NCBI GenBank assembly: GCA_963708075.1 | Contig: OY970194.1 | Coordinates: forward strand, 4,224,001 to 4,288,000 | From: Sedimentisphaerales bacterium | GTDB lineage: Bacteria; Planctomycetota; Phycisphaerae; Sedimentisphaerales; Anaerobacaceae | Reading direction: 5' to 3' | DNA length: 64,000 nt | Shown here: positions 41,451 through 52,816 of the stretch, in pieces | How the letters are laid out: every line of letters begins with the position of its first letter | Position numbering within the stretch: position 1 is the first letter of the stretch | Made by a program: the position numbers and the translations under genes | The notes under the pieces: generated by a model | Seen by the model: the letters and a program-made list of their open reading frames with translations, nothing else | Told to the model about the DNA's origin: nothing | Databases searched by the model: none

Positions 41451-44400
41451 TTACTTGGCAGCCAAGGTCTTAACCTCAGCAGCGGTCAGAGCCCTGTTGT
41501 ATAGCCAGACCTCGTCGATGGCGCCGTTGAACGGGTTGCCACCGCTGGAATCACAGCAGCCGATGTGCATCGTGGCCTCCTTGTTGGAGCCGAACGAGAA
41601 GGCGCCGGAGCCCGTCTGGGTACCGTTGACGTAGAACCGTGCAGTCGCCCCATCGAAGCTGACGGCCACATGGGCCCACTCGTTCACCGGCAGGATCGTG
41701 CCGTTGGCCGAACCACTGCCATTTCGGGCGAACGTCAAGGCGCCTGCCGCGTTGTTCGCTTCGATCTGCCACATCATCTGGGCCGGATCCCACCAGTTTC
41801 TCTTGGCCATCAGGCCCTGATACAGACCGGTCGGACCCTTCCAGTTCGCCCACAGCGAGAACCGACAGCTTGCCCGTCAAGGCCGACGGGTTGAAGGTCC
41901 CCAGATCGACAAACGGACCTACCGCTCCGGTGAACTGGACGGCCTGGCCCTTTGCCCCGGCCACGAAGGTCGGACCACCGACCAGAGTACCGTCAAAGCC
42001 GTTGCCCGAGCTGTCCTTCGCATCGTTCTCGAAGGCATAGTGGGCGACCAGATCAGCAATGGGGGTGCCGTACTGGATGTCATCGATGAAGATCTTTCCA
42101 GCCGCACCCGCCTTCGGGCTGCTGCGGCTGCCGATCCCGATCGTCATCTTCTTGATGGCCGCGGCATTCACGCCAAGGTCCTTGAGCGGAATACGCCACT
42201 GGGTCCAATCACCCACGCAAGTGGCCTTCGGGTCGGGATGAACGATCGTCTTCGACTTGTTCGCGCTGTCCACGAGCGTCAGGTACAATGTGTCAGGCGT
42301 GTTGGCGGGTTGAGGGACCCCGACATCGGCTGCCTGCCACGCACCCGTGATGGTGCCGGTGGTCTTGATCTGGGAGAAGTCTGCCACGGCAAGGTTCCCT
42401 GCCGACTGGCTGCAGACCACCATACCCACATAGACGCTGGCGGGCATGGTGATCGTCGTCGAGGACGCCGTGCCGTCGGTTGCCGTAAGCTTCGTCCATG
42501 TCGTTCCATTCGCCGAGCACTCGCCTGTGAACACATTGCCCACACGCGTGATCCGCAGCCACAATGGCAGTGGATTGGAATTCGCCGTGGTGTTGAACGC
42601 CGTAGTGGTTGCGCTGCCCGAGGCGCTGCGGTACATCCACTCCGCCAGGCTCTGCTGTGCGGCGCTGATCATGTGGACCTGCATGGCCAGCGGGTCCAGG
42701 CTCTCACGGATCATCACACCGGCCTTCGTCCAACTGGCGGCGGTTTGAACGCTGTCAACTCGGACGGTGATCGAGCCATCGCCGCTGAGCTTCTTGTAGG
42801 CATAGCGGAACTCCGCAGTCCCCATGTAGATGTCCGCCCCGGCGCCACTGAGGGTGGCGCCTGATGCGGTTTCCACAAAGGCCGCCGGACTGCCCCGGAA
42901 CCACAGGCTCAGATCGGTGGCGCCGTTAGCCGTCCAGTTCTGAGGTGTTGACCAGGTCCGATCGACCTCGGAGTAATACGGACTATTGATGTTGTTGTAA
43001 TCCACGGGCATGGACTGCGTGCCGCCGTGGGTGATGGAAGTCTCCATGATCAGGCCCACCGCGGGGTCATAGCCGACCATCGAGCTTGTGGCGTTGCCCG
43101 GATCGCCGTTCGGGAAGAACTCATCCTTCGAGAAGCCCCAGCCGTCGATCCAGGTCTGGAAGACGCGGTTCGGCGAATCATTGGTATAGCTCTCGAAATC
43201 ATCGATAGCCGCCCATTCGGTGGTGACGAAGCTCCACAGGTTACCCGCCCAATCGCTGGCGGGAGCCGTGTTCACTTCGTCCACTCTCCAGTAGTACAAC
43301 TTGCCGAAGTCCAGAGACGGCGGCTGATAGGAGGTGTCCGTGGTCGTGTCGACCAGAGCTGTGCCATCGACGACCTTGGCTTTATCCGTGTTAAAATAGA
43401 CCTTGTGAGATGCGGCCGTTCGCCCTTCTCGCCAATCGAACCCGGTGTCCAGCGCCACGCCTACGCTATCCAAGGCCGGACTGGGCTGTCGGGCCTGCAC
43501 GGGGATGTACTGGAAGCGGACCTCGCTCAGGCCGGCCTGCTTGAAGAAGATGCCATAGGCGCTGTTGATCGTCAGCCGGACGAACTTCGCCTGCACGCTG
43601 TGCATGTCGACGTCGAACCCGGCGTAGGTATCCGAACCATCGGCCTGCGGGAATACCACGCTGTCCAAGGCGGTCCAGGCTGTCCCATCCAGCGAGTACT
43701 CGATCAGAACGTCCTTGGCGCCCCAGCCGATGGCCACTTCCATCTTCTGGTTCTGGTTCCACACCTTCATCTGCTGGATCACGTACGGCTGATCAAATGC
43801 ATACTGGATCCAGGCCGGGAACTGGTTGATCGCGCAGAGCCACATATCCACATCCACGCTCGAGTGCACGCCGTTGGTGGAACCCGAGCCATTGGTGGTC
43901 TTCTCCGGACCCATGTTTGCCGTCGAGGAGCTGGCCGTGGCTGTTACGCTCGTGACCGTATAGGTGTAGGGCTCTGCGGTGAAGCTCCAGACTTTGCCCT
44001 TGAAGACGGAAGAATCCGGCGGAGCGTTGACTTCATCGACTCGCCAGTAGTACGTCTTGCCATATTCGAGCAGGCCGGCGGGGTCGAAGCTGGTCTCCTT
44101 CTGGCCCTTGCTGACCGCCTTGGCGACATCGGCGTTGTTGACATCGTCAAAGCTGGTGCCAAAAAAGACATTGTGAGTATCCGCAAACGGGCCCGGGTTC
44201 CAGCTCAGGATGGTGTCACGGGGCACATCCGTGGCGTCCGCCTGTGGACTGGGCTCGTCAGCCGAGAATCGCTTCAGGAAGGCCGGCGGGGCATAGTCGC
44301 CTTCATACCATCGTATGGCATCCACCCAGAATTCCGCCTTGGCAAAACCAATGTGGAGTGCTAAGTCCGCGGGTGACACGTCCTCGGTGAAAACCGGAGT

Positions 44401-44850
44401 TGTGACGCTGTATTCCGCCCATGTGTCGGTCATGGTGACCTGCGTTTCACTGTATCCCGTCCACGGGTCTGCTCCATGTTCCGGCTTGAGGTTCATCGTC
44501 GCGGTCCCGCTCTTGCTCTTGAGCCATACGGAAAGAGTGTACTTCTTGCCTTTTTGGAAGACTGCAACCCCCCGGCCCAGGGAGGTCTCCCACCAATTTG
44601 GCGTTGCGTTGGGAACCGTCACATGCAGGCAGTACTTTCCCTCAATCGGACCTTCGGGGACCGCCGCGCCGACGCATTGGGTCACCACTTCACTGGTGGA
44701 GGGCGTCCCTACCCACCACGGGGCAAGAACACCGTCCTCAAAGCCGCCATTGGTCAGAAGATTTGGGGGCTCTTGTTGCGCGAGACATGGGGCCAACCCC
44801 ATGAGCCCGATCAACAAAGCCGCAGTCAACCACACTGCATAACTTCTCAT
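41451..44850 (-). CDS. Secreted multidomain protein 2 (CBM4/9-like...LamG; +1 frameshift near 41860)
   Basis: NLLTNGGFEDG N-domain; paralog of gene 1; one extra A relative to gene 1 (GAGAACC vs GAGACC). Confidence 0.85.
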
Positions 44851-44873
44851 AGTGCTGTTCTCCTTCACCATCA

Positions 44874-44950
44874 GTCGCTTTGCGACTTAACCCAATTGAT
44901 TCTCACTCGTCCACCCACAGTCTCCCAGGAACCACCCGGAATCATCACAC
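44874..44950 (-). promoter_or_regulatory. Conserved structured leader, copy 2
   Basis: TTCCGGG-TGGTT-CCTGGGA, TGGACGAG and GTCGC-AAA-GCGAC. Confidence 0.7.
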
Positions 44951-45060
44951 GACACATACATCACTGCGAAAGCCTTGCCGCCGCCACTTGCGTCGGTACT
45001 CCCGCAGGTTCACGTGAGATCAATCACTGTTCTATCACCAGTCCGTCGGCACCGGCCGCA

Positions 45061-48000
45061 TTACTTGCCTGCCAGGGCGGAGATCTCAGCGTCCGTCAGG
45101 ACGGTATCATAGATCCGGATATCATCCAGCGCGCCGTTGTACGAGTTGCCGCCGTCGGAGGTGTCAGCTCCGAACTGCAAGGGCGCCTCGCGGTTGGAGC
45201 CAAAGGAGAACGCGGCTTGCACTGTCCTGGCGCCGTTGATGTAGCCTCTGGCGGTCGTACCGTCGAAGGTCACGGCGATATGAATCCACTGGCCGATCGC
45301 CGGAGCGGCGGCCTGCAATACGATGTCGCCAATGCCTTCTCTCTGGAAGCGAAGCACTCCTGTGGTCTGATTGGCCTCGATCTGCCACATCATGGCGCTG
45401 GCGGCCCAGGTGTTGGTTCTCTTGCCGATCAGGCCTTGCCAGGCCGTGGACAGGCCGTCCCACTTGGCCCACAACGCGACGCTGAGCTTGCCCGTCTTCT
45501 CCGACGGATTGAAGGTCCCCAGGTCCACATACTGATGGCCGGATGTCCCTTCGAACAGCATGGCCTTGCCCTGACCCGCCGGGCCGTCCACGTAGGAGAC
45601 CGGGAAGGCCACGTTACCGGCTAATACGCCGTTATGGCCGTTGCCCGAGCTGTCCAGCGTGTCGCCTTCCAGCTTGAAATGAGCCACCAGGCCCACCGGC
45701 ATGATGGGGGCGCCGTACTGGATATCATCGAAGTAGACCTTTCCGGCCGCACCCGCCTTCGGACTGCTGCGGCTGCCGATGCCGATCGTCATCTTCTTGA
45801 TGGCCGCGGCATTTATGCCTGCGAGGTCCTTGAGCGGAATACGCCACTGGGTCCAATCAGCCACGCACGTGGCCTTCAGGTCGGGATGAACGATCGTCTT
45901 CGACTTGTTCGTGCTGTCCACGAGCGTCAGGTACAACGTGTCGGGGCCATTGGCCGGGTTTGGCCCGCCAATGTCCGCCACCTGCCATGTACCCGTGACC
46001 GAGGTGCTCGTGACGACATCGGAGAAGTCGGCGACACAGGCGCCGGCACTGCTGTTGTTGCTGGCCACGCCCATACCGACGAATATGCTGGCGCCCATGC
46101 TGATCGTCTGCGGGTTGGGCGAGGCATCGGCGCCGGTATTCTCCGTGGCCGGTTGAACGGTCCAGGTTGTGCCGTTCGTCGAGTAGGAAGCGGTGATCTG
46201 ATTGCCTTTTCGCTCCAGCTTGACCCAGAACGGCAACGCGATCTGGCTGATATCACTATGAGCGGAGAATGGGGCGCCGCCCGTTGTCGGCCGGTTCTGG
46301 AAGGCCCGCCGAAGATTCGGCGTCACGACCATGAACCCGTATGCAGAACCTGGATCGAGGCTCTCACGGATCATCACGCCGGCCTTGGACCAATCCGCCG
46401 CATAGCTGATGCTGTTGATCTTGGCCGTGATCGTGCCGTCGCCGCTGAGCTTCTTGTACACGAATCGGAAGTGATCGGCCGCGTTCCAGACATCCCCGCT
46501 GGTCGAGCTGACCACGAGATGACCATTGGCCGTCGTATCGAACTTGCCCGGATTGCCTCGGAACCACAGGCTCAGATCGGTGGCGCCGTTAGCCGTCCAG
46601 TTCTGAGGCGTTGACCAGGTCCGATCGACCTCGGAGTAGTACGGACTATTGACGTTGTTGTACTCCACGGGCATGGACTGTCCACTGCCGTGTACAATGC
46701 TCCTCTCCATGATGGCGCCAACCGCGGGGTCATAGCCGACCATCGAGCTTGTGCCGTTGCCCGGATCGCCGTTCGGGAAGAACTCATCTTTCGAGAAGCC
46801 CCAGCCGTCGATCCAGGTCTGGAAGACGCGGTTCGGCGAATCATTGGTATAGCTCTCGAAATCATCGATAGCCGCCCATTCGGTGGTGACGAAGCTCCAC
46901 ACGTTGCCCGGCCAATCGCTGGCGGGAGCGGTGTTCACTTCGTCCACTCTCCAGTAGTACAACTTTCCGAAGTCCAGAGACGGCGGCTGATAGGAGTTGT
47001 CCGTGGTCGTGTCGACCAGAGCTGTGCCATCGACGACCTTCGCTTTATCCGTGTTAAAATAGACCTTGTGAGATGCGGCCACTCGGCCCTCTCGCCAATC
47101 GAACCCGGTGTCCACCGGCACACCCTCCGCGTACTGAGCCGGACTGGGCTGTCGGGCCTGGACCGGGACCTGCGTAAAGCGGACCTCGCTCAAGCCGGCC
47201 TGCTTGAAGAAGATGCCATAGGCACTGTTGATCGTCAGCCGGACGAACCTCGCCTGCACATTGTGCATGTCGATAGTGAACCCGGGGTAGGTATCCGAAC
47301 CATCGGCCTGCGGGAATACCACGCTGTCCAAGGCGGTCCAGGCCGTGCCATCCAGGGAGTACTCGATCAGGACATCCTTGGCGCCCCAGCCGATGGCCAC
47401 TTCCATCTTCTGGTTCTGGTTCCATACCTTCATCTCGTGGATCACGTACGGCTGATCAAACGCATACCGGATCCAGGCCGGCAATTGGCCGAGAGTGCAC
47501 AGCCACATATCCGTATCCGTGCTCGAGTGCACGTCGCCAGTGAGACCTGAGCCATTGGTAGTCTTTTCCGGACCCATGTTTGCCGTCGAGGAGCTGGCCG
47601 TGGCCGTTACTCCGGTGACCATATAGGTGTAGGGCTCGACGCTAAAGCTCCATACGTCGCCCTTCAAGACCGCATTGCTCGGCGGAGCATTGACTTCATC
47701 GGCCCGCCAGTAGTAGGTCTTGCCGTACTCCAGGAGGCCGGCCGGCTGGAAGGTCGTTCCCGTCTGGCCCTTGCTGGCGGCTTGGGTGACATCGGCCTTG
47801 TTGACATCCTCCAAGCTGGCGCCCAGGTACACATTGTGCGTGTTGGCATACTCACCGGCAGTCCAGCCCAGCGCGACGTTGCGCGGTACATCCGTGGCGC
47901 CCACAGCAGGACTCGGGTCCTTGGCCGCTCCGGCAATCACGATCCCGATCTGCACGTTGTCGAAGTGAATGACTCCCGTAGTGCCGGCAGCAGAATCGGT

Positions 48001-48543
48001 GCAGAGGAACACGCTCTCGATGGCGGTGAAGTTCGCGTTGGTAACACTACCGACCACCTTGCCGTTCAGGCTGACGGTGAACTTTGTCCCGTCTTGCTCC
48101 AACACAATGCTGTTGTACACCCCTGAGGTCATATTTGCACCAGCGAATTCGACCCAGCCGGGCCAGCCGCCGTCCAGGGAGTTGGCATGGGTTATGGGGC
48201 CGCCGACCCAGCAGTAGAGCTCAAGGTAGGCGCTGCTTCCCGCGGAGTCGACACGGCAGTGGAAACTGAAGTTGTTATTCGCCAGGAAGTCGAAGGAGAC
48301 TCTCTTCTCGCCCGAAACAGGTCGGGAGATACCCGATCGCGCCCAGTCCGTGGCCTGCGTACCTGAGATCAGAACCTCGTTGTCCACAATCTCGGCCTTA
48401 ATGGTCCCATCCAGCTGAGCTGTCCAACCATTCCCTACAGGGCCATTGGGCCTGTTGAAGTCGTCCTTGAATGTCGACCCCCAGGCGTTGGCAACCGAGA
48501 GCGCACAGACAAGCACAGCGAGTTTCTGGATCTTACCCATCAT
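45061..48543 (-). CDS. Secreted multidomain protein 3 (ConA-like N-domain...LamG)
   Basis: Intact 1160-aa ORF; unique N-domain FKDDFNRPNGPVGNGW; shares the conserved core. Confidence 0.9.
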   Translation of the reverse strand: MMGKIQKLAVLVCALSVANAWGSTFKDDFNRPNGPVGNGWTAQLDGTIKAEIVDNEVLISGTQATDWARSGISRPVSGEKRVSFDFLANNNFSFHCRVDSAGSSAYLELYCWVGGPITHANSLDGGWPGWVEFAGANMTSGVYNSIVLEQDGTKFTVSLNGKVVGSVTNANFTAIESVFLCTDSAAGTTGVIHFDNVQIGIVIAGAAKDPSPAVGATDVPRNVALGWTAGEYANTHNVYLGASLEDVNKADVTQAASKGQTGTTFQPAGLLEYGKTYYWRADEVNAPPSNAVLKGDVWSFSVEPYTYMVTGVTATASSSTANMGPEKTTNGSGLTGDVHSSTDTDMWLCTLGQLPAWIRYAFDQPYVIHEMKVWNQNQKMEVAIGWGAKDVLIEYSLDGTAWTALDSVVFPQADGSDTYPGFTIDMHNVQARFVRLTINSAYGIFFKQAGLSEVRFTQVPVQARQPSPAQYAEGVPVDTGFDWREGRVAASHKVYFNTDKAKVVDGTALVDTTTDNSYQPPSLDFGKLYYWRVDEVNTAPASDWPGNVWSFVTTEWAAIDDFESYTNDSPNRVFQTWIDGWGFSKDEFFPNGDPGNGTSSMVGYDPAVGAIMERSIVHGSGQSMPVEYNNVNSPYYSEVDRTWSTPQNWTANGATDLSLWFRGNPGKFDTTANGHLVVSSTSGDVWNAADHFRFVYKKLSGDGTITAKINSISYAADWSKAGVMIRESLDPGSAYGFMVVTPNLRRAFQNRPTTGGAPFSAHSDISQIALPFWVKLERKGNQITASYSTNGTTWTVQPATENTGADASPNPQTISMGASIFVGMGVASNNSSAGACVADFSDVVTSTSVTGTWQVADIGGPNPANGPDTLYLTLVDSTNKSKTIVHPDLKATCVADWTQWRIPLKDLAGINAAAIKKMTIGIGSRSSPKAGAAGKVYFDDIQYGAPIMPVGLVAHFKLEGDTLDSSGNGHNGVLAGNVAFPVSYVDGPAGQGKAMLFEGTSGHQYVDLGTFNPSEKTGKLSVALWAKWDGLSTAWQGLIGKRTNTWAASAMMWQIEANQTTGVLRFQREGIGDIVLQAAAPAIGQWIHIAVTFDGTTARGYINGARTVQAAFSFGSNREAPLQFGADTSDGGNSYNGALDDIRIYDTVLTDAEISALAGK

Positions 48544-48589
48544 ATTTCTCCTTCCAAATCACGCCCGTTATTTGTTGAATCTGGCCGGG

Positions 48590-48652
48590 ACCGGAGGCGA
48601 TGACTCCGATCAGCAAGGCCACGGTCAATCAAACGACTCGATCTACGATAAT
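48590..48652 (-). pseudogene. Decayed signal-peptide remnant upstream of gene 3
   Basis: Translates IVDRVV*LTVALLIGVIASG; compare gene 2 MRSYAVWLTAALLIGLMGL. Confidence 0.6.
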
Positions 48653-48671
48653 CTTTGTTCCTTCTGGCTTT

Positions 48672-48752
48672 GTCGCAGCGCGACCTGAACCAGCAAATCG
48701 TGCTTGTCCATCAACACTATGGCCCGGACCATCCAGAGCCATCCCATGTCAC
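48672..48752 (-). promoter_or_regulatory. Conserved structured leader, copy 3
   Basis: GGCTCTGGA-TGG-TCCGGGCC, TGGACAAG and GTCGC-GCT-GCGAC. Confidence 0.65.
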
Positions 48753-48781
48753 GTCCATCACGGCAAAGGGCCTTGCCGTCA

Positions 48782-51700
48782 CTACTTGGCGGCCAAGGCA
48801 GCGATCTCGGCATCGGTCAGGACAATATCATAGATCCGGATATCATCCAGCGCGCCGTTGTACGAGTTGCCGCCGCCGGCGGTGTCCGCCCCGAACTGGA
48901 CGGGGGTCTCGCGGCCCGTGCCAAAGCTGAACGCGGCTTGCACCGTCCTGGCGCCGTTGATGTAGCCCCGTGCAGTCGTGCCGTCGAAGGCCACGGCAAT
49001 GTGAACCCACTGGCCGACCGCCGGAGCGGTGGACTGCAGGACGACGTCGTTGCCTTCCCTCTGGAAGCGAAGCGATCCGTCGGTCTGGTTGGCTTCGATC
49101 TGCCACATCATGGCCGTGCGGTCCCAGGCACCGGTCCGCTTGCCGATGAGGCCTTGCCAGGCCGTGGACAGGCCGTCCCACTTGGCCCACAAGGCAACCG
49201 ACAGCTTGCCCGTCTTCTCCGACGGATTGAAGGTCCCCAGGTCCACATACTGATGGCCGGATGTCCCTTCGAACAGCATGGCCTTGCCCTGACCCGCCGG
49301 GCCGTCCACATAGGAGAACCGGCAAGGCCGCGTTACCGGCTAATACGCCGTTATGGCCGTTGCCCGAGCTGTCCAGCGTGTCGCCTTCCAGCTTGAAATG
49401 AGCCACCAGGCCCACCGGCATGATGGGGGCGCCGTACTGGATATCATCGAAGTAGACCTTTCCGGCCGCACCCGCCTTCGGACTGCTGCGGCTGCCGATG
49501 CCGATCGTCATCTTCTTGATGGCCGCGGCATTTATGCCTGCGAGGTCCTTGAGCGGAATACGCCACTGGGTCCAATCAGCCACGCACGTGGCCTTCAGGT
49601 CGGGATGAACGATCGTCTTCGACTTGTTCGTGCTGTCCACGAGCGTCAGGTACAACGTGTCGGGGCCATTGGCCGGGTTTGGCCCGCCAATGTCCGCCAC
49701 CTGCCATGTACCCGTGACCGAGGTGCTCGTGACGACATCGGAGAAGTCGGCGACACAGGCGCCGGCACTGCTGTTGTTGCTGGCCACGCCCATACCGACG
49801 AATATGCTGGCGCCCATGCTGATCGTCTGCGGGTTGGGCGAGGCATCGGCGCCGGTATTCTCCGTGGCCGGTTGAACGGTCCAGGTTGTGCCGTTCGTCG
49901 AGTAGGAAGCGGTGATCTGATTGCCTTTTCGCTCCAGCTTCACCCAGAACGGCAACGCGATCTGGCTGATATCACTATGAGCGGAGAATGGGGCGCCGCC
50001 CGTTGTCGGCCGGTTCTGGAAGGCCCGCCGAAGATTCGGCGTCACGACCATGAACCCGTATGCAGAACCTGGATCGAGGCTCTCACGGATCATCACGCCG
50101 GCCTTGGACCAATCCGCCGCATAGCTGATGCTGTTGATCTTGGCCGTGATCGTGCCGTCGCCGCTGAGCTTCTTGTACACGAATCGGAAGTGATCGGCCG
50201 CGTTCCAGACATCCCCACTGGTCGAGCTGACAACGAGATGACCATTGGCCGTCGTATCGAACTTGCCCGGATTGCCCCGGAACCACAGGCTCAGATCGGT
50301 GGCGCCGTTGGCCGTCCAGTTCTGAGGCGTTGGCCAGGTCCGATCGACCTCGGAGTAGTACGGACTATTGACGTTGTTGTACTCCACGGGCATGGCCTGT
50401 GCGCCGCCGTGGATAATGGAGGTTCTCCATGATCTGACCCACCGCGGGGTCATAGCCAACCATCGAGCTTGTGGCGTTGCCCGGATCGCCGTTCGGGAAG
50501 AACTCATCTTTCGAGAAGCCCCAGCCGTCGATCCAGGTCTGGAAGACGCGGTTCGGCGAATCATTGGTATAGCTCTCGAAATCATCGATAGCCGCCCATT
50601 CGGTGGTGACAAAGCTCCACACGTTGCCCGGCCAATCGCTGGCCGGAGCGGTGTTCACTTCGTCCACTTTCCAGTAGTACAGCTTGCCGAAGTCCAGAGA
50701 CGGCGGCTGATAGGAGGTGTCCGTGGTCGTGTCGACCAGAGCTGTGCCATCGACGACCTTGGCTTTATCCGTGTTAAAATAGATTTTGTGAGATGCGGCC
50801 GTTCGGCCCCCTCGCCAACTGAACCCGCTGTCCACGGCCACACCTGTGCTATCCACGGCTGGACTAGGCTGTCGGGCCTGCACGGGGACGTACTGGAAGC
50901 GGACCTCGCTCAAGCCGGCCTGCTTGAAGAAGATGCCCCAGGGGCTGTTGATCGTGAGCCGGACGAACCTCGCCTGTACGTTGTGCATGTCGATAGTGAA
51001 CCCGGCGTAGGTATCCGAACCATCGGCCTGCGGGAATACCACGCTGTCCAAAGCGGTCCAGGCCGTGCCATCCAGCGAGTACTCGATCAGGACATCCTTG
51101 GCGCCCCAGCCGATGGCCAATTCCATCTTCTGGTTCTGGTTCCACACCTTCATCTGCTGGATCACGTACGGCTGATCAAACGCATACTGAATCCAGGCCG
51201 GGAACTGGTTGATCGCGCAGAGCCACATATCCGTATCCGTGCTCGAGTGCACGTCGCCAGTGAGACCTGAGCCATTGGTGGTCTTCTCCGGTCCCATGTT
51301 TGCCGTCGAGGAGCTGGCCGTGGCTGTCACTCCGGTGATCGTATAGGCGTAGGGCTCGACGGTAAAGCTCCATACGTCGCCCTTGAAGACCGTATTGGTC
51401 GGCGGAGCGTTGACTTCATCTACTCGCCAGTAGTAGGTCTTGCCGTACTCCAGCAGGCTGGCCGGCTGGAAGGTTGTCCCCGTCTGGCCCTTGCTGACCG
51501 CCTTCGTGATATCGGCGTCGTTGACATCATCATAGCTGGCGCCCAGGTACACGTTGTGCGTCTGGGCATACACCCCCGGCTCCCAACTCAGCGACGTATC
51601 GGCGGGTACATCGCCATCCCCATCGCCGGGGACAGGCTCGAAGGGGCGTGCAACAAGCGTCTTATCGAGCGCAGGCGGCTTCTCCGTGCCCATCCAGATC

Positions 51701-52218
51701 CGATCGACGTACAGATCCGTGCCGTTGCCGGCGAGGTTGAAATGGAAGTCTATGTCGCTGTCGAAGACCCCCGTTCCTCCAACCGTTGCACCCGTGTGGG
51801 TGTACTCGAAGTTGAATGTCTGTGGCTCGGTGGTCAGTTGGATGTCCTGGCTCCAGTACACCTGCCAGCTGTGCAGCGCGCGGGCCTGGATCAGTAGCGT
51901 GACCGGCCGCGGGGCGTCTGCCTTGGCCATGAAGCTGATGTAGTGTGTCTTGCCCTGCTCAAGCTTCAAGTATGAGCGGAAGACCAGCAGCGGATCGAGT
52001 GATCCGGTCCCGATGTCTATCTTCATCGCGTTTCGGCCGGACAGCTTGGCGCCCTGTACGGTGGATATGCCGGTGAAGTTCTCGCTCTGCCACAGGTTCC
52101 AAAGGCTGGTAAGCGTCACCGACTCATCGAATTCCCAGTTGGGAATCTGGTTTTGGGCGCGGGCTGTGACCACAGACAGCGCAACGACAATGACGAAAGC
52201 TACGAACTTGCTACGCAT
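48782..52218 (-). CDS. Secreted multidomain protein 4 (CBM4/9-like...LamG; +1 frameshifts near 50423 and 49317)
   Basis: ORFs 50365-52263, 48843-50612 and 48782-49309 join into a full paralog of gene 3; signal peptide MRSKFVAFVIVVAL. Confidence 0.85.
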
Positions 52219-52307
52219 GGTGTGCCCCTTCCAAAAAAAGGTCGAAAAGGAATAATGTGCCACGCATGAATCGTTTCAGTCGATCGCGTCCCTCCGCCGG
52301 AACCACC

Positions 52308-52368
52308 CGAAGGCGATGACTCCGATCAGCAAGGCCGCGGCCAACTAAACGACTCGATTTCTCCTAAT
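52308..52368 (-). pseudogene. Decayed signal-peptide remnant upstream of gene 4
   Basis: Translates RRNRVV*LAAALLIGVIAF. Confidence 0.6.
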
Positions 52369-52387
52369 TCTTGCTCGTTCTTGCTTT

Positions 52388-52467
52388 GTCGCGATGCGAC
52401 CTGACCCGGTAGATTTTGCTCGTCCACCAACATTCTTCCAGGAATCACCTGGAATCAGTACTCTCAC
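52388..52467 (-). promoter_or_regulatory. Conserved structured leader, copy 4
   Basis: TTCCAGG-TGATT-CCTGGAA, TGGACGAG, GGGTCAG and GTCGC-ATC-GCGAC. Confidence 0.7.
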
Positions 52468-52816
52468 AGATTCGCACAGTCCTGAATCACTGTCCTATCG
52501 GCCGTCCTTTAGATAATCTGTAACGGACCTTCGAAGCTATCTCATCAGGGCGCCACGCATACACAACGACCTCCGGTGGTTGTACCCCTGCCGGCGCACA
52601 ATGTGGCAACAGTCACAGAAACCAGGGAATTATGTCGCGCTCTGTATGTACAGTTCGACGGAATTGCACATTACCTCCATCCGGCATAGATACCACTCAA
52701 CTCCGGCGGCCCTGCCAGCGAAGAAACACCTACAGGCCCTTAGCGGCAGTATATTATCAGACTCCCCGCCAGCGCGTCAAGCGCAAAAAGAGCGATTCCG
52801 CAAGCGGGAGTGACCG

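Noticed and set aside
37794..52218. Diversity-generating retroelement or shufflon acting on the array
   Set aside because: No reverse transcriptase or recombinase in the window, no adenine-specific TR/VR pattern noticed, and all genes are co-oriented.
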